Origin: Sphyrna mokarran
Lineage: Eukaryota
Direction of reading: 5' to 3'
Length of the DNA stretch: 64,000 nt
Assembly: GCA_024679065.1 (NCBI GenBank)
Contig: JAGIQG010000040.1
Span: forward strand, 2,480,001 to 2,544,000
Shown piece by piece: positions 63,798 through 64,000 of the stretch. The notes beneath the pieces are model-generated. The model worked only from the letters and a program-made list of their open reading frames with translations, was not told the origin of the DNA and ran no database searches. The position numbers and the translations under genes were made by a program. Numbering within the stretch: the first letter of the stretch is position 1; the number at the start of each line of letters is the position of its first letter.

Positions 63798-64000
63798 TCA
63801 TCGTTTAATAAATTTTGTAAAGACAGTAATAGGATATGTCACCACATATCTGAACTCCTCTCTAAACTTCGCCTGGGTTACAGCATAAATACAAGTGTTT
63901 GTACAACAACTTATGAGCTGCAGCATGAAGCCCATTTCCAATACAAACTCAGGAAGCAGCACAGATTCATGCCCCAAAACCCACATTCGCCACCATACAG
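63798..64000 (-). CDS. GPCR copy C, 3' end of exon 2 (continues beyond window)
   Basis: Near-identical to 55519-55721. Confidence 0.85.
   Translation of the reverse strand, partial: VWWRMWVLGHESVLLPEFVLEMGFMLQLISCCTNTCIYAVTQAKFREEFRYVVTYPITVFTKFIKR

Larger units (their letters stand above)
49024..64000. repeat. Tandem segmental duplication (unit 1 49024-57997, unit 2 57998 to window end)
   Basis: Collinear, very high identity. Offset is 8974 bp before and 8279 bp after the unit-1-specific CR1 insertion. Confidence 0.95.

Overview
Vertebrate genomic DNA, most likely a shark or other elasmobranch. This is inferred from the CR1 LINEs with (GTTCTAT)n tails, tRNA-headed HE1-type SINEs, Penelope-like elements and the V-gene and GPCR families present. 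About 8-43 kb is the variable-segment array of a T-cell receptor alpha/delta-type locus. It holds six apparently intact V segments, each with a 23-bp-spacer RSS (four on the minus strand, two on the plus strand), plus 4-5 decayed V pseudogenes in duplicated cassettes. One V segment encodes leader and V domain in a single uninterrupted ORF. CTCF-like motifs sit upstream of the family-A V promoters, and a divergent pair lies at the end of the array (~44.3-44.7 kb). From ~48.6 kb, across a 100-N gap, there is a young ~8.3-9 kb tandem array of two-exon GPR139/GPR142-like GPCR genes. Penelope-derived inverted-repeat insertions carrying minimal hammerhead ribozyme cores are scattered through the window. 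No D, J or C segments were seen. All coordinates were read by eye; repeat boundaries are approximate.
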